Shown here: positions 1 to 14,117 of the stretch, one piece after another
Layout: each line of letters starts with the position of its first letter
Position numbering within the stretch: the stretch's first letter is position 1
NCBI GenBank assembly: GCA_010093705.1
Contig: MU006101.1
Coordinates: 124,001 to 188,000 of the forward strand
Source: Patellaria atrata CBS 101060
Lineage: Eukaryota
DNA length: 64,000 nucleotides
Direction: 5' to 3'
Made by a program: the position numbers and the translations under genes
The notes under the pieces: model-generated
Seen by the model: only the letters and a program-made list of their open reading frames with translations
What the model was told of the DNA's origin: nothing
The model's database searches: none

Positions 1-64
1 TCGTTGGACATACTTCACCACTTGAATTCTCTTCTCCAACATTGACACGGTAATTCTACCCATC

Positions 65-2321
65 ATGGCTGATCCAGCAACAGTAGTCATGAATCATGAG
101 GTACGTAAATCGCTTCTCCCACAGACTGGGATGGTTTTTAACGATTTTGATGGCGAAGCAGTCAGACTCTACGCGCACACCACCACCAATCCACGACAAA
201 AATCTAATGGGAGGCGAGACGCGTGCGTCTCGAAAACGGGCTCATAGCATCGATGAGGATGAAGGTAGCCCCTCCCCGGAGGACCCATTTGAGAACAATC
301 ATAGCGCAAAGCGAAGCAGGTCGACGAACTGGCCTCTTAAGACGGATATGGCAGCACCTGTCCCAATTTCAAACGCCAACAGGCGACATATATCGAGTCC
401 CGCTCGATCCTCCAAATTTCAAGAAGCTAGTATGCGGGACCGTCCAAGCGATAAACCTCCTAGTGTCTTCATGCGTGTGATGAAAGGTGTCTCGAATACC
501 AACACGTCCATTGACCACCTCATGGATGACTACCACTCAGCAACGAATAAGGAAGAGTCGACAGGCAAGGATGAAGCTAAGCACTCGAGAACCCAGAGCT
601 CCGCCAGTCACCGGTACGCCTCTGCCTCCTCAATGGCATCTCACGACAGTAAGGAATCTGGTATCTTCCGATTCGGCCGTTCTTTAGCGGCAACGTTCAA
701 CCCAAACAACATTTTCCAAAAGATCAAAAATACCCGAATGTATCAAGAATCACGACAAGAATTGATTGACCAGCAGATAGCTGAAAACAAACGTTTGATG
801 GAGGAAAGGCGCCTCAAAGCAGAGCAAGAATATGCTAAGCTAAAAGCAGCTGGTCAGCTTGGTGCTCAAAACACTAGTGTTTTCCGTTCTGAGGGCGACA
901 TACTTTCTGCTACCAGCAATCAACGCGGATCTTCCGAAACAAACCCTCGAGATTCAGGCATAGACATGGATGACATTCGTTCATCTGTTGACTCTAAGGA
1001 CGCGATCCAGCAAAAAATCAATCACCCCGTTGCACCAGTACCCGGTTCAAAGGTAGCCGGCACTCCTCGCATGAAAGTTGCTCCCACACCCGGTCCTAGT
1101 TCAACGAGGAAGAGCTCGTTCCACTTCCGTACCCCTTCTCTGTCCGATCTCAAGAAAGTTAAATCGCATATCAACTTTCATGGAGATAAAGCACCCTTAT
1201 CAGTCACTTCTGAACGGACACTTCCAGATACGCCTAGAAGCAGAGAGGTTCGGAAGGAACAATCGAAGAAAGACTTTCAGAGGCAGGTCAAATTGACCAA
1301 GCGAGTGAGTGATCTAGAGTCAAAGCTACAGGAAGCTCGACGCGAATTGAATGCGGCCCTTGGTGTTCCTCCGGTTCCTCAAGTCCCTGCTCTCCCAGAT
1401 GTAATAAGGTCTGCGGCCAACTCGCGAGCTTCTTCCCCGATGAAGAAGAGCTTTGTTCTTGGAAGGCTACCAACTCTGCCATCTGAGCGCCTACTTTTCC
1501 CGGAACAGCTCGATACTCATGTTGACGATTCTCATGAAGAAAGTCCATCCAAGTTTGGCGACCATGTTGAGACCCATGAGGGGACCGCATCTCATGGAGC
1601 TCTTTCCTCTCTATCGGACAATGAGAACGATATTGATGAACTGAGCTTACCTGGACATCCAAGCACTAAACCTCGAAAAATGGTTGATAACGACGAGAAC
1701 AAGCGTCCGACCGCACCTGCTAAGCTGAGGAAGATGCCCCTCAAGAAGACCACCGCTAAGAAGCGCAAGAGCGGCGATACCGATGACCTTCATTATAAGC
1801 CTGACGCTGAGAGTGACGATGACGCAGAATGGGACGTAGCTACCACGAAGACACCAAAAAAGAGACGTGGAATTCCAAAGCCTGTCACCGCCAAATCGAC
1901 ACCCACGAAACTCGTCAAGAAAACCACTGTCAAGACCACCCAAGTGGCCACCAGTGATACCGATGTTGTTGTTGAAGCATTCGAACAAGAAGAGGACGTC
2001 ACCGTCAGTAAGGTGGCACTCGCCAGCACCTCGAAGAAGCCCACCGCGTTCGCTACTCCCAGCCATCATCCAGGTAGGCTCCACCGTTCTCCATCTTCTA
2101 CTAAGTTGATGAAGGGCCGGAATGCGTTGTCCAGGAAGAGGTCCGTTGATTCCGCATCGGAGAGGTCCAAGAGTGTCATTAGTGTTAAGAGTGAAGATGA
2201 AGTGCTTGTGGTAAAGCCTAATGGAGGTGATGTACCACCGGTACCCGCTCTCCCTAAGCTTGGCGAAGACGGTGCGGGAAAGAAGGAGGAGCAGTGGGAG
2301 TGGCCTGAGGATGTGTTTTAG
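65..2321 (+). CDS. Conserved fungal low-complexity/coiled-coil protein (family usually annotated 'nuclear RNA-binding protein, putative')
   Basis: Long ORF 96..2321. Probable first exon 65-100 (MADPATVVMNHE) splices via a GTACGT..CAG intron 101-161 in frame to SDSTRTPPP. Motifs include SSKFQEASMRDRPSDKPPSVF, KLTKRVSDLESKLQEARREL and C-terminal EWPEDVF. Confidence 0.75.
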
Positions 2322-3208
2322 ATAACCATAATGTGCTTGAGGAAGATACGTTATATTGCCGTTGGACTAAGAGATTGGGTGAGTATTTAGATAGCTCTAG
2401 CTTTCTTTGGTCACGACAAGGGCCCATCCGATGGACACTTTTTCTTCATGATGGATTAGCTTGGAAAGATTTCATCTTCTGCTGTAATTGTACCTGGATC
2501 CCTTATCTCGTTCTTCTTGGTGATATTTCTTTTCTGAGATTGTGGTCCCGTTTCCTACATTGGGACTTGGTGTCCCCCTCGCAGGCCCAGTCCTTGCCCC
2601 TACCTTTTAGCGTCATTCGACGGCGTTGATTACATTGCGGGTATTGGGCATATTTGAGCCCTTGGAGTTCTGAGGACTTTCATATGGATCATGGCACTGG
2701 CGTCGAGAGTTTTTCTTTCTTTTCTTGTTCATAGGGGTGCTTAGGTTTGGGAATGAAAATTACATATTCTGGGCTTGTGATACTCGTTCTAGAGTGATGC
2801 TTCCTGGATACTGATGTCCCTTACTTCCTGTCGCAGGCATTCGGTGCTTGCTGTACATCCGCCTTCAGATGTCCAGGTGGTTTAATTTTGTACAAATGAA
2901 AGGTAAGTATCATAGGGGGTGGCTGCAACTAGATAGATGGCTTTGACTTTGGATAGGTATATTCTTCTTTGTATCGTTCATAGAGAACTGAGTACTCTAC
3001 CCGAATGAAGAGAGTTAGTAAGGAGGAGAAAAGTATTTGAGTAACAGGGCCTCAGTTTCAAGTACATCTGGTACCAATCATGACGGGGGATGAAATATCA
3101 AGCGAATAACTTAGCCGAAGTTGTAAATCTAGTTTTGGAACTACACCGAACAGAGAAAACACCAGGGGTACATCTATGCACATCGCCAGAACTTGTTCGT
3201 ACAAAACC

Positions 3209-4580
3209 TCAAGCAACACCCTTAGCAGTATGAGCCTCATTAACCACCGTCGACTCCGCCACCGACCCACTCCTCCCCGTCCCCGCCTTCCCCCTCCACC
3301 TCGCCACATACCCATTCGGCCCCGCCAACTTGAACGGATCTAAAAGATTCAAATACCACCTCCTTTTATTCGCCTTGCGCTCCGCGCGCCTCCTTATAAT
3401 CTCCTCCTGACTCATATTCCAGAACGCGGTCTCCTTATCCTTTCCCCTGATCAACCCCCACAGATCAAAGGGGTCGAACATGCTGACCAGAAACGGGCGG
3501 TCGTCCTCCCAGCCGAGCCCCTGCAGCTCGGTTTGCCCGTCGGGGGAGAGGTATACGGAGTTGGACCGCGGCAGGCGCTGGCCGGGGTGCCAGAGGTTGA
3601 AGACACAGGTGTTGAGGAGCATGATGCTGGCCTCGAAGACCCAGAAGTACGGCTCGTGCGTGTTGATCTCGCCGTCCCAGCCCTGGAAGAACTCGACGAT
3701 GCGGTAGATGCAGCGGGTTGTTATGAGCGTCGCGCTGGCGTAGAGGGTCCAGAAGACGGTGTCCAGACGGGGGTTTAGGACGCCGGCGCGCTTGCCGCGC
3801 AGCTGGAAGAGGATGCAGAGGGCGATGAAGACGAGGAACATGAGGGCCTGGGCTATGAGGGAGACTTTGACGAGCGTGGCGCCGGTTTCGCGCGTTGAGG
3901 CGGGGAGAGAGCTGTTGGAGAGGCGGACCGCGCCGTTTACTATTAGGGCTTCGATTATGGCGTCTAGGCCCAGGAAGGTGGTTATGACGCGTCCGGGGTG
4001 CATGGGCGCGAGGTAGGGGAGGTAGAACATTATGCGGGAGAGCACGAGGTAGTCTATGGCTGCATAGACGGGGCTGGTGGGGGAGGGAGGGTTAGTTTTG
4101 TTGTGGTTTCGGGGAGGGAGGAGGGAAGGACGCGTAGGGAAGATGATATGTGGTATGAAAGCAGCGGAAAAGGGTAGGGAGGATGATACACGGTATAGAG
4201 AAGGGATGCAGGAGGGTGAAGGGGGCATAAATGGGCCAAAAATGGTGAGACGTACGGGCCAGACATGATCAGAGCATTTGTAGCTATTACGAGGTTAAGA
4301 TTTCCGGTGTTATAAGCTCCCGCTTCCCGGACGGCGAAGCCTCCGACAAAGAGGAGTGCTGCCCATGGCATGAGGAGAGTGTAGCGCCAAGAGTGGTAGC
4401 GCTGGGTTTGGTAGAAGTGACAGATTCCGGATATGAGAAAGAGGATCATAAAGGCTATGGGAGCCGCTTTGTTGGGCTGATAGTACCAGAGATTATTCTC
4501 GCCTGGATGCTGTTAGAGGTGGGTTTCGGTGCTAAATTTGAGGAGAGTTTTGGAAATCAAAATCACTTACTGTACGCCAT
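3209..4580 (-). CDS. RTA1-family (Rta1/Rsb1-like) multi-pass membrane protein
   Basis: ATG at 4580, mini-exon MAY, then ENNLWYYQPNKAAPIAF, GFAVRE, IMSGP/PVYAAIDYLVLSRI, RCIYRIVEF and EPYFWVFEASIMLLN. Two GT-AG introns. Confidence 0.9.
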
Positions 4581-5363
4581 GAGGATTTTTCGGGAGACTG
4601 GACACGGAAAAGAAAGTTTGAAATCACGACTCGTCGTAAGAAAATCGCAGTTTATGATTGACTATGAGGAAGATTTATGGACATGAGGAGTTTTAAGACT
4701 CAAAGACGAGGTTAAGGATAAATGCCTTATGTAAAAGACCGGAATATATACTCATATCAGAGCTTAATTAGTTCTAGATATGATGTAGTGAGGTTGAAGA
4801 AAGTGGAAGAAAGCGAGATACGACAGCGTCCTATTTAATCTTTATACCTATACCCAAGTTACTGCAAGTAGCTAAACACAGCCGCGTCACGGTATTCCCG
4901 AATTTGCCGTCTCTTTCCATACCAGTACGTGCAGACAATACATTAGTGCTATGATTGGAACAAGGGAGCGAAATAACTGCCACTTTTGACGTTTTAATGA
5001 GGCAAACGTTCGTCTCTTCAGGCATCCTTGAGGCGGAATCCCTTGTTATTGACTTAATCGCGGGATATGCCTTGGCGATCCCGTTGGCTTCTCGCAACAA
5101 TTTCCGCATTCCTCGCATTCCAGGAAGAAGCGAGGCTTGGTCACCCGCTAACCCTTTTCGATAAGCGTCTTTTGACCTTCTCCCGACTGCAACTCTTCGT
5201 TTCTATGAATATCATACCAAATTCCGAAACAGATTCACCGGAGTGGAAAAGTTTCGGGTGCGGGATATCAAGGCGTGCGGTAATAAGATCTAGAAAGCGG
5301 CACAAACTATGCAACTCGACGTTTCATCGGTGATAGTACAGAAACCATGCAAATGTCATAATA

Positions 5364-8300
5364 ATGGATGAATCTCCAAGTTCCAAAGTCACGGGTATGA
5401 ACAGTACCTATTTGATTTCAGCCCTTACTCTTGTTGATATTAATCATAGTCGAGTACCATGATCCTTCTGGCGTCTTTCCTCTTATCTCATCTCAGTTAA
5501 AGTACCGATTTCCGTTACGAAACCTGCACTGGAAGTCACCATCTAGGCCACTGAGATCCATTGACTCTTTACGTGTGGAACTTGTCCCAAGTGATGGACC
5601 ATCGGAAGATGCTGTTCTATCTCCGCCTCCCGAAACTCGGGAAAGCAACGATAACATCGACCGTAATTCTTCATCGAGTCAGCGCCCTATAAGTAGTCAG
5701 GGGCTCACAGCAAAAGAACGGCGTCATCAAATCCCAGGTCTTCGACAAACCCCTTATCTTAAGGTATTTTTACTACGATGCGATGATAGTGAGACCTACA
5801 AGACGTCGTCGAGGAAGACACTGCGTGAATGGGTAAGAAGTCACACAGTCTCTACTTCCGCTTCGTCATCCCACAATCCCCAAGAAAGACATGATGCTTT
5901 CGAATGGTTGATTCTACATGTCGTCTTACCTGATACACCCGCAGCAGCCCAGCCCCGGCTCTCTGGTAGCACTTCTGGAACGATATCAGAGAAGACACGC
6001 TGGCCGGGTCGTGGTTCATCAACTATCCTCGAAAAGATAAAGTCGGATTTTAACATTTCTAGTAAATCGGCCCCTGACAGGGTTGCTCAAGTGCGGCTGC
6101 AAAAGGATGAAATTCCTCCTTATTTATTACCTCATCTCAATTTACCTCCCGCTCCCGCAAGTACTATCACATCACCATACAGCGAGAGCCCGAAAGAACT
6201 AGAAAACTCTTGGAACGATCTAATAGCGAAATTTAAGATCTTGATCCTGCTTTCGTTTGATCAGCGTGTCAGTCAGTATGAGGATGATATTCGCGAGAGA
6301 GACTCTCAGCGTGCTCTTCCAGGGTGGAACTTCTGTACCTTCTTCGTACTCAAAGAGGGTCTCGCCCGAGGGTTTGAAAATGTTGGTTTGGTTGACGATG
6401 CACTTGTCGGTTATGATGAATTAGCTGTCGGATTAGATACAATAGTCCGCGAACAGGCGGCTACCGGTTCTGATAGTCACGGTGGATCTTTTCTCTCCTA
6501 CACCGAGGAACTACAGCAATATATCGTTGCCATGGTGGAATCACCAGACTCCAAGGATATCTGGAAAGGCAAACCTATCAGCTCGAATAGGAAGAATTAT
6601 CGCGATCTTATACTTTCCAATAACATTTCTTTGTTCGACTTCAGATGCTACATATTCTCTCGACAAATTGCATTGCTCTCTCGACTCAGTAATGTAGGGG
6701 TAACCAAACCGCGGTTGTCAAGCAAAGCCCCAACAAGACCGTCCACTAGCATCCATCAAACCACTCGCGATGATCTGAGTGTTGGTACAAAGCAAGCAAC
6801 CTCTCAGGAAGAAATGGAAGATTTGCTCTCCTTAGCGGAAATATGTGCACGAGCTTTGAATTTTATCAGTTCGATATCTAGATCAATACGAACTGATCTA
6901 CAAACTGGGTATGTCTAAATTAGCTTGATCGTAACTTTCATAATACTTATGATTCTATAGGATAGCGGCGGCAAAGGTCAAAGTTCCTACCTCGGTCATT
7001 GACAACTTTGTGTCCTCTTGGATATTTAGCGTTGCCAAACAGATAGTGGAAGAAACGACAACACCGTCTATCCCAGTCACTGCCTTTACGAAAGACATGA
7101 CTTCATCTTCCGATAAGTCTCTCTCTCGTGCTGGAAGCGAACCTAAAGTTGCTGTACAAGAGCCCAAGACATTATCACACCCCATTCGCTCAAGTTCATT
7201 GTCCCACCGGAGAACAGGAAATACTGAACCACCTTATGCGCTGACGCCAGCATCAAGTCAAGTTGTATATGAGGGTGGCACCTTTGGAGCAGAGAATACC
7301 AACCAACATAGCGAAGATACTGCAAACCAAAGGTCTGGGCTCGAGGATTTCGTTGCCCGTCGTGCAGATCTCTACCTCGTTCAGCGAAGAATTCTTGAAA
7401 ACCTAGGGTCTAAAAAAGGATGGAAAATCAGCTGGCAAGCGCTGGGTCAACATTTGAATGCAACTATAGGACGAATGACGGAAGTCGACTTGAATAAGAC
7501 GGACGAACTTGCTAGTGAAACGGAGATATCGTTACCTAAACACACTGGAATTTACGGGAAATCTCTTATAGAAGCTCTTTCATCGATGAAGAATTACAGG
7601 AGTCTCTTTGAGGTATCTACCTACAGTATCCATAGGTCAAATAAGGGGTTACTTATAGATGATATTAGGATCTTAGTAGCGTTGCCCTGAAGCATTATTT
7701 TGTCGCAGGCCGCAAACACTCTGCGGAGGGTATCAAGGGTGATCTGGCTGGCCTGAAGTTGTAAGTACCATCTGATCGGGAGATATTCCAAGCTCACAAT
7801 TTTCAGCGAGATGGGCGACTTCGCTAGTGCCGCATCGCAATTTAACCAGATTCTTCCTGTTTACGCAAAGACGAGATGGAACTTCATCAGAACGTTGATG
7901 ATGAGATTGTACGCACATTGTCTGAAAGAACTTCATAGGAAGGACGAATATGCTCGCGTACTTTTAGATCTCCTCATCCAGTCTTCGAATCGAGAACAAT
8001 CCCCAAGTGCATCGAAATTGACCGCGGAACAGGAAGATGCGGGTCCATCTCATGATCTGAATATACCTAATTGGTTGAATGACGACGTACAAACAACTGA
8101 TGGCTTGCTTTCAGAACTCATATCATTCTCAGATGAACTACCATATGCTGTAACGGTTCCGATGGCTAGATATTTCGGTAACATAACAGTCGAACCTTTC
8201 ATAAGGCACTTCGAGGATAAGGATGGGTTTCAGTTGAAGTTGCGTTTCATGCACCGTCTAAATGACGAGCTCCATCTTGATAAGGCTAGAGTAAGACTAG

Positions 8301-10262
8301 TTTGCACGACTCCTGGACAGAATTCAGAAATTTGGCTAGATAATGCGGATAATGTCCTAATACGACGTGGAGCCGTGAACTTGTGGGTTAGGACTAATGT
8401 AAGTTTGGATCCAGTCTTCTCTTTCCAGCTGTCATGCTCAATTGAACTAGGTTACATCTTGTGGACCGTACGTTATAGACAAGATTGTACTTTATGCGAA
8501 GAAAATTTCTTTTGTACACGAGCCGTTCCAAAAGTCTGAGGTGACCACGCCTCTCGGTTTACCGGGTTCTGCTTCAGCAACATCAGTCAAAGTCGCGAAG
8601 TCGTCTCGTGTTTTGTGCTTTCCTCGCAATGGTTCTTTCAATGTTAGCGTATCTCATTCACGAGACATCCATATTGATAAGCATAAATCTCTAGAAATCG
8701 AGCTAGAGAGCGGATCAGTCGATGTCTCTAAGATTGAATTTCACATTCGAGCAGCGTCAGCAGGCCTTCGATTACGAACTAGCGATGCTACAACGGATGA
8801 TAAGTTAGCCGTAAAAGACCAATCCCGAACAGGAATCATTGAACTTTCGCAACTTCTAGCCAGAAGTACTGCGAAGCTGAGATTACCATACGAGCTCGAG
8901 GCTCCATTACACGATGTCTCTGTACGTCTTGAGATCTTCTATCACACAAGCCAAGGCAAATTCATATTCTCTTCCTTTACGACTGTCGAGATTGAATTAC
9001 CCCTTGACGTGAATGTTCATGATATGTTCACTGCTTCGCACATTACATCACGCTTCAACATAAGGACTGCGAATGATACTCCTCTTTGTATCGAAAACAT
9101 CGAATTACAGGGTTCAGATGAGTTCGATGTTCAAACTGCACCACCAAAGAACACTCGAACTATCGTCTTTCCGAAGAGACCAATGTTATATCCGTGCGAT
9201 ATTGTCAGGAAAAATATATCGAAGAGCTCTAACTCTAATGCAACTCTTTGCCTTCAAATTGAATATCAGCGACTGAATGAGATTATTCTACACGATTTAT
9301 TGGATAGTTTCAGCAGGGATCTCAATGGAAGTCCATTTGAGCATCTATCTCGTTTACTTTGCCCTAATTTGATAGAGAAGTCACGGCAGATCTTCAGTCT
9401 AGCTCAATATGAGAGAGTCTTATCATCCCAAAACTTGGAGGTGGCGACGTATACACAGCTTGGATGGGCGGATGTTATTGAGGGCTTACATCCCTCGGTA
9501 AGATCGGATCTACAGCAATGGTTACATAAATGGCATGAGGTATGTTGTCGATGACTATCCTTAGATAGTAGCTTCGCTGATCAGAAATAGCAAAACAAAT
9601 CCATCCAGATAACCTCTATCCGGGATGAGATGCGCCTAATTCCGCATCGAATCTTAATCACAGTCCCAGTACCAAGTGTTCAAATTGCTAGTACAGTGTC
9701 TTTCACCCTCCAAGACCATGATTTGTCTTTGTCCAAGGTTCCCATGATGCCAGTAGCGGAAATTCTAAGCGCTAAACTCTCTGTTACACACACGCGTCAG
9801 TGGGACGACAGAGAGCGGTTAGTAGGAGCATTAAGCTTATCCGATACCAATGATGCCGTAAACTTTATTCTAGAGATAGAGGCAAATCCGGACACATGGC
9901 TAATCACAGGTCAGCGGCGTGTCCACTTTTCTGCAAGGGAGAATGAGACGAAGGAATTCCCTCTCGGACTACTCCCTTTACATCCCGGTCTTTTGTATCT
10001 TCCTAAAGTTCGCATTCGACCAGATGTCTCCAGGCATAGGGCTCGAGCGGCGACAGATCAACAGAGTACCGGAGTCCAAGATGAAACCTCTAGGTTAGTG
10101 ACCTCCGAAGTGGACAATCTGAGTGATGGCGATGTGGTCTGGGTTATCCCAAATGTGAAAAGTACAACAGTAGGAGTCTGTGGCTTTGGAACCCCAGAGT
10201 CCGGGACTGTGGTTATGGCATCGGCTGCGAGAGAGATATCGAGCGTTGTAGGATCATCTTGA
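5364..10262 (+). CDS. TRS130: TRAPP II complex subunit Trs130 / TRAPPC10 (TMEM1 family)
   Basis: Consecutive + ORFs (5431-6918, 7010-7690, 7811-8539, 8541-9554, 9630-10262) are joined by GT-AG introns. Motifs: FPLRNLHWKS, QRALPGWNFCTFFVLKEGLARGFENVGLVDDALVGYDEL, and C-terminal WLITGQRRVHF..LLPLHPGLLYLPKV. Confidence 0.9.
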
Positions 10263-10587
10263 ATGGTGTAATGGCTGCAGTGTCAAGAATATATGTTAAA
10301 ATTCCAAAAGTACGGCTATTAATACGTCAGATTGTGGCTAATTGAGCGTAGTTATATGTGGCGGAACCGACTGAAATCTGGCAACGGCAAGATCGATTTG
10401 TTCAACTATAATGCGATGGCCCTGAGTGTCGATAGTTTGTGTCGCTACTTCCGTCAGCGAATTCACAACAAAACCTGACTTCCCGTAAATCCATCCTTTT
10501 GGCGGGGAACGTCCTGTTCCTGTTTGTGGTGGACAATGACATCCTTACACTAAAATTTCCCTGTATCTTCAAAAGCTAAATCATTCA

Positions 10588-11427
10588 ATGCCTCGCTCCA
10601 TCAAATTCCTAGATCCTGTAATCGACCTCTTTAAAACGCCAACGTGGGCGTTACCATCGGTTGAGACTGATCAGACCAAAGCCACTCCGTCGAACCAAAG
10701 TCCAGTCTTCCAGACGAATTTCGCGTCTCTATCATTTTATGGCAATGACAAAATCCTACTGGATGGTTTTCCCGTCCCCATTCTAGGGCTTCTCAAGATG
10801 ACCGTCTCCAAGTCATGGCCTCGTGGGATACAATGCGCTCGGGATTGTCGAGGAGTCAAAGAACTCGTACTTCGCGGATACCCATGGCTATCTGTAGGGT
10901 CGAATTCGGTCCAAGCCCGGCGTCTCGTGAAGCAGATTCTCGTTGCCCTTTACAACGAGGGCTGGGTGTTGACTTTGTCCACTTCTATATTCAAGTGGAG
11001 ACACGACAAAGATTCAATGATATTCCGACACCAGACCCCAGTTCCAGTACCTTGTGAATGGATGTGCATATCATTTGCCTACCTCGATTCCATACGCTTG
11101 ATCGATGCGCCTCAGACAGTCCTCGACGAGATGGTTGAAACCCTCTCATTTTGTACTCATCGTCACGGGATTTATATGCCCAATGCTTATGTGATACAAT
11201 TAAAAGGGAATCCTTGGGCCTCGAGGATTCATCATAGAGCTATAACTGCACGTCGTCTTCAATTGATTCTCATCAATGTGCTCGAGGCAAACGGCTTTAC
11301 GGTGTACGCTTCAATTGTCCAAGATATGAGCTTCATCAAGGAAACCAAAAATGGAAAAGTAGCAGATACATGGCATTGTTGCAGGGCTCTAGACTGGACT
11401 CCTGGAATGCCGGTTTACCACGCGTGA
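10588..11427 (+). CDS. Hypothetical protein made of two homologous halves
   Basis: Intronless 279-aa ATG ORF with an internal duplication: SF..DKILL..LRGYPW..ARRLV..L.NEGW versus SF..DSIRL..LKGNPW..ARRLQ..LEANGF. Confidence 0.75.
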   Translation: MPRSIKFLDPVIDLFKTPTWALPSVETDQTKATPSNQSPVFQTNFASLSFYGNDKILLDGFPVPILGLLKMTVSKSWPRGIQCARDCRGVKELVLRGYPWLSVGSNSVQARRLVKQILVALYNEGWVLTLSTSIFKWRHDKDSMIFRHQTPVPVPCEWMCISFAYLDSIRLIDAPQTVLDEMVETLSFCTHRHGIYMPNAYVIQLKGNPWASRIHHRAITARRLQLILINVLEANGFTVYASIVQDMSFIKETKNGKVADTWHCCRALDWTPGMPVYHA

Positions 11428-12072
11428 AATGGGATGAACCCGTATTTTGAATGTACTGCAGGGTGGGTCGAGATACTTATTTAGCGTGTGGTCAATGAGT
11501 CTTATGGAAGTCCTACGGTGTTGTACCGCAAAGAAGTTAATTCAGCCAACTTGAGTCTTAGCTTCGTGAGATTCTTTTGCTGTAAATCGTTTAGAGTCAC
11601 CTTTAACTTGAGACCAAGCCCCTTTATTAAGCAGTCGGTTATACCTCAATACTATGCGACTTGCTATCATCTCTATAGCAGTCGCTCTTAATTGGTAATA
11701 TGAAATACAAAAAATCAAGGTTTTATCCAACCGAAGTAAGGTTCGCGGTTTGGATCGTTGGCGCATCTACGGTACTGCTAATGTCAATGAGTTTTCCTAG
11801 TACTGGGGTTGGTAGGCCTGCGTCACGGTCAAATTCACAACTTTGTTCTTATTTCTCCCTATGTATTTCTCCAATTTTTCCTTCTCACTCATTCCACGCA
11901 AACGGATGGTCTTGGACTAAAAGCAAAAACGAGGAATCATTTGCAATCAATCTACTTTTCAAACACTTCCACACTCTAGATCACTTTCTTACATCCACTC
12001 TTGCGCTCTCATCAACAATCTCACAACATATTCACATCACATTTATATCTTGATCGAACTGATATCTACAAC

Positions 12073-13533
12073 ATGAACTTCAAGAGTTTTAGTGAATTTC
12101 CCGCTGAACTTATTACGATGATTGTCTTATACGTAGAGAATCCCCTTGATCGTTATAACCTCGCTCGATCATCGAGACGTTTGTTTCCGATAGTACAAGA
12201 CACTAAATGGGAATCAATCGAAAGTGAAGGCTATAAATTCTTCATTCCTCTCGTACGCATGCTTAACAGAGATCCCAACCGTGCCAAGGAGGTCAAATCC
12301 ATACATATCACAGGATCTATCTCTCGACGGAAACTGCCTTGTTCAAAAGCATCCTTTGAGGCATTTGCATCTTACATGTGCAAAACGGGAATAATTGACC
12401 GAGATATTACGGGAATGCATGATTATTTTGATCGTGCTAATTATCAGTTCAAAGACCTCATTGGCACCATCTTCGTTCACTGGGGTTTTTACATGCTAGA
12501 TTATCTAAAGAATGGTGACCCCAGTCAACCGCTATCCTTATTGATCCTGCATCTACCGCAACTGAGGGAACTCACTATAGACAACGGAATATTCATCTGG
12601 ATAAGTAATCATCCAGCATACAGAGATTGTTTCCCAAACCTTCACACTCTTCGACTAGGTTCGAAGGAGATCGTGCGCTCGTTGAACTTTCAGGTGTTCA
12701 CGTTACCCCAAATCCGAACAATTGAATGTTTTAATGTTGGATCCGCGTATACGATGCCCAAAAATAAAACGGTGCCCCTGACCTCTCTGAGCCTCACATG
12801 GACCGATCTCCTTGAATTCGAGAGGAGGCCTGAAGCGAGGATATTGGACTCCGGACTCGCAAACCTGCTAAACGCTTGCCGTTCCCTCAAATCCCTCAAG
12901 CTGCACGGTAGAATGCCAAAGGAACAATATCTGCCCAGCACCACTCGAGGCGGAGTAACTTGGCTACGCCTCAGGCAGTTGAGACAGGCGATCAGAGCAC
13001 TCGCTCCAACACTCGAGACCCTAGCTCTCGACTTCGACTGGGACGAGTACTGCAAAATTATTCCGAACGATCCTTACTCCATCTCCCTAGCCGGATTTTT
13101 CAACCTCAAAGAGCTCGCCGTCCGCTACGACTATATGGTTCGTGCCAGCTATGATTACCTTATGGCTCGAAATTTGCCGCTATCACCGACACTGGCGACG
13201 ACGCTCCCGCCAAATCTGAAGAAACTCACCCTCTTCCGATTCACGTTCGGCGATCACAATATCGATGACTTGTACAACCTGGCGTGGAAGAAGCGGGAGG
13301 CACATCCGAACTTGAGGAAGGTAACCGTGTACTATATCCTCGGCGGCCTGACGCAGCACCACTCGGATATCAGTAGTGTGTTTAATAGGGTGCGCTTCGA
13401 TTGTGAGAAGGAGGGGATCGAGATTCAGTTTCAAGCGCAGCGGTTCGAGATTTTGCGGGACACGTTCTGGCTACCGCCGGACGCGGAGAAGTGGCAGGCG
13501 GCGAACATATTGGGCCAGGACTGCAGGCGTTAG
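12073..13533 (+). CDS. F-box-like protein with C-terminal leucine-rich repeats
   Basis: N-terminal FSEFPAELITMIVLYV..RYNLARSSRRLFPIV (F-box-like), followed by LRR-type segments LPQLRELTI, FPNLHTLRL, CRSLKSLKL, LETLALD, LPPNLKKLTL and HPNLRKVTV. Confidence 0.75.
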   Translation: MNFKSFSEFPAELITMIVLYVENPLDRYNLARSSRRLFPIVQDTKWESIESEGYKFFIPLVRMLNRDPNRAKEVKSIHITGSISRRKLPCSKASFEAFASYMCKTGIIDRDITGMHDYFDRANYQFKDLIGTIFVHWGFYMLDYLKNGDPSQPLSLLILHLPQLRELTIDNGIFIWISNHPAYRDCFPNLHTLRLGSKEIVRSLNFQVFTLPQIRTIECFNVGSAYTMPKNKTVPLTSLSLTWTDLLEFERRPEARILDSGLANLLNACRSLKSLKLHGRMPKEQYLPSTTRGGVTWLRLRQLRQAIRALAPTLETLALDFDWDEYCKIIPNDPYSISLAGFFNLKELAVRYDYMVRASYDYLMARNLPLSPTLATTLPPNLKKLTLFRFTFGDHNIDDLYNLAWKKREAHPNLRKVTVYYILGGLTQHHSDISSVFNRVRFDCEKEGIEIQFQAQRFEILRDTFWLPPDAEKWQAANILGQDCRR

Positions 13534-14117
13534 GGAATTTAGTAGAGCGAGCTTGACTGGGAGAAAATTGGTTATGGTTTCTTTGAACGTGAAGCCATAC
13601 CTTGGTGTTTTCTAGGTCAGGAAATGGATAGTATCAAACCTTTCAAGATTTGTAGTCATTTTCTGGTGATTTAGGAGTTAGAAAAGTAAAAATGAAATAC
13701 CTGGTAAATTTTTTTCTAAAAAGAGACTTTAAATATTGTGTTTCACCATAGTAAAATCGGCGTTAACTGGATTCGAACATAGACTGAAGGAAATTGGATA
13801 GGATAACTGACAAAGGAGACAGCCAACCCCAACTGCACCATGGCGGAACGAAAAAGCGGTGGTTGGAAGCTACATATAAAGGAAAGTCCTTGTCCCTATA
13901 TTAGCAAACGCCGTCTCCAATCTTTTGTAATATTTTACCAATACAAGGGTTTTATATAGTTTGAGGTTAAGATCTCCCGCAAGTATTAGAAACCTTATTT
14001 TGACCTAACTACATGCTAACCTCGAAGTCTAAACGCACTAACCTGCCTATATCCTACAGGAGTCTCTCACATCTGACACTTCAATCTCCACTCTCATCAC
14101 AATCCCCAAACAGCCTT

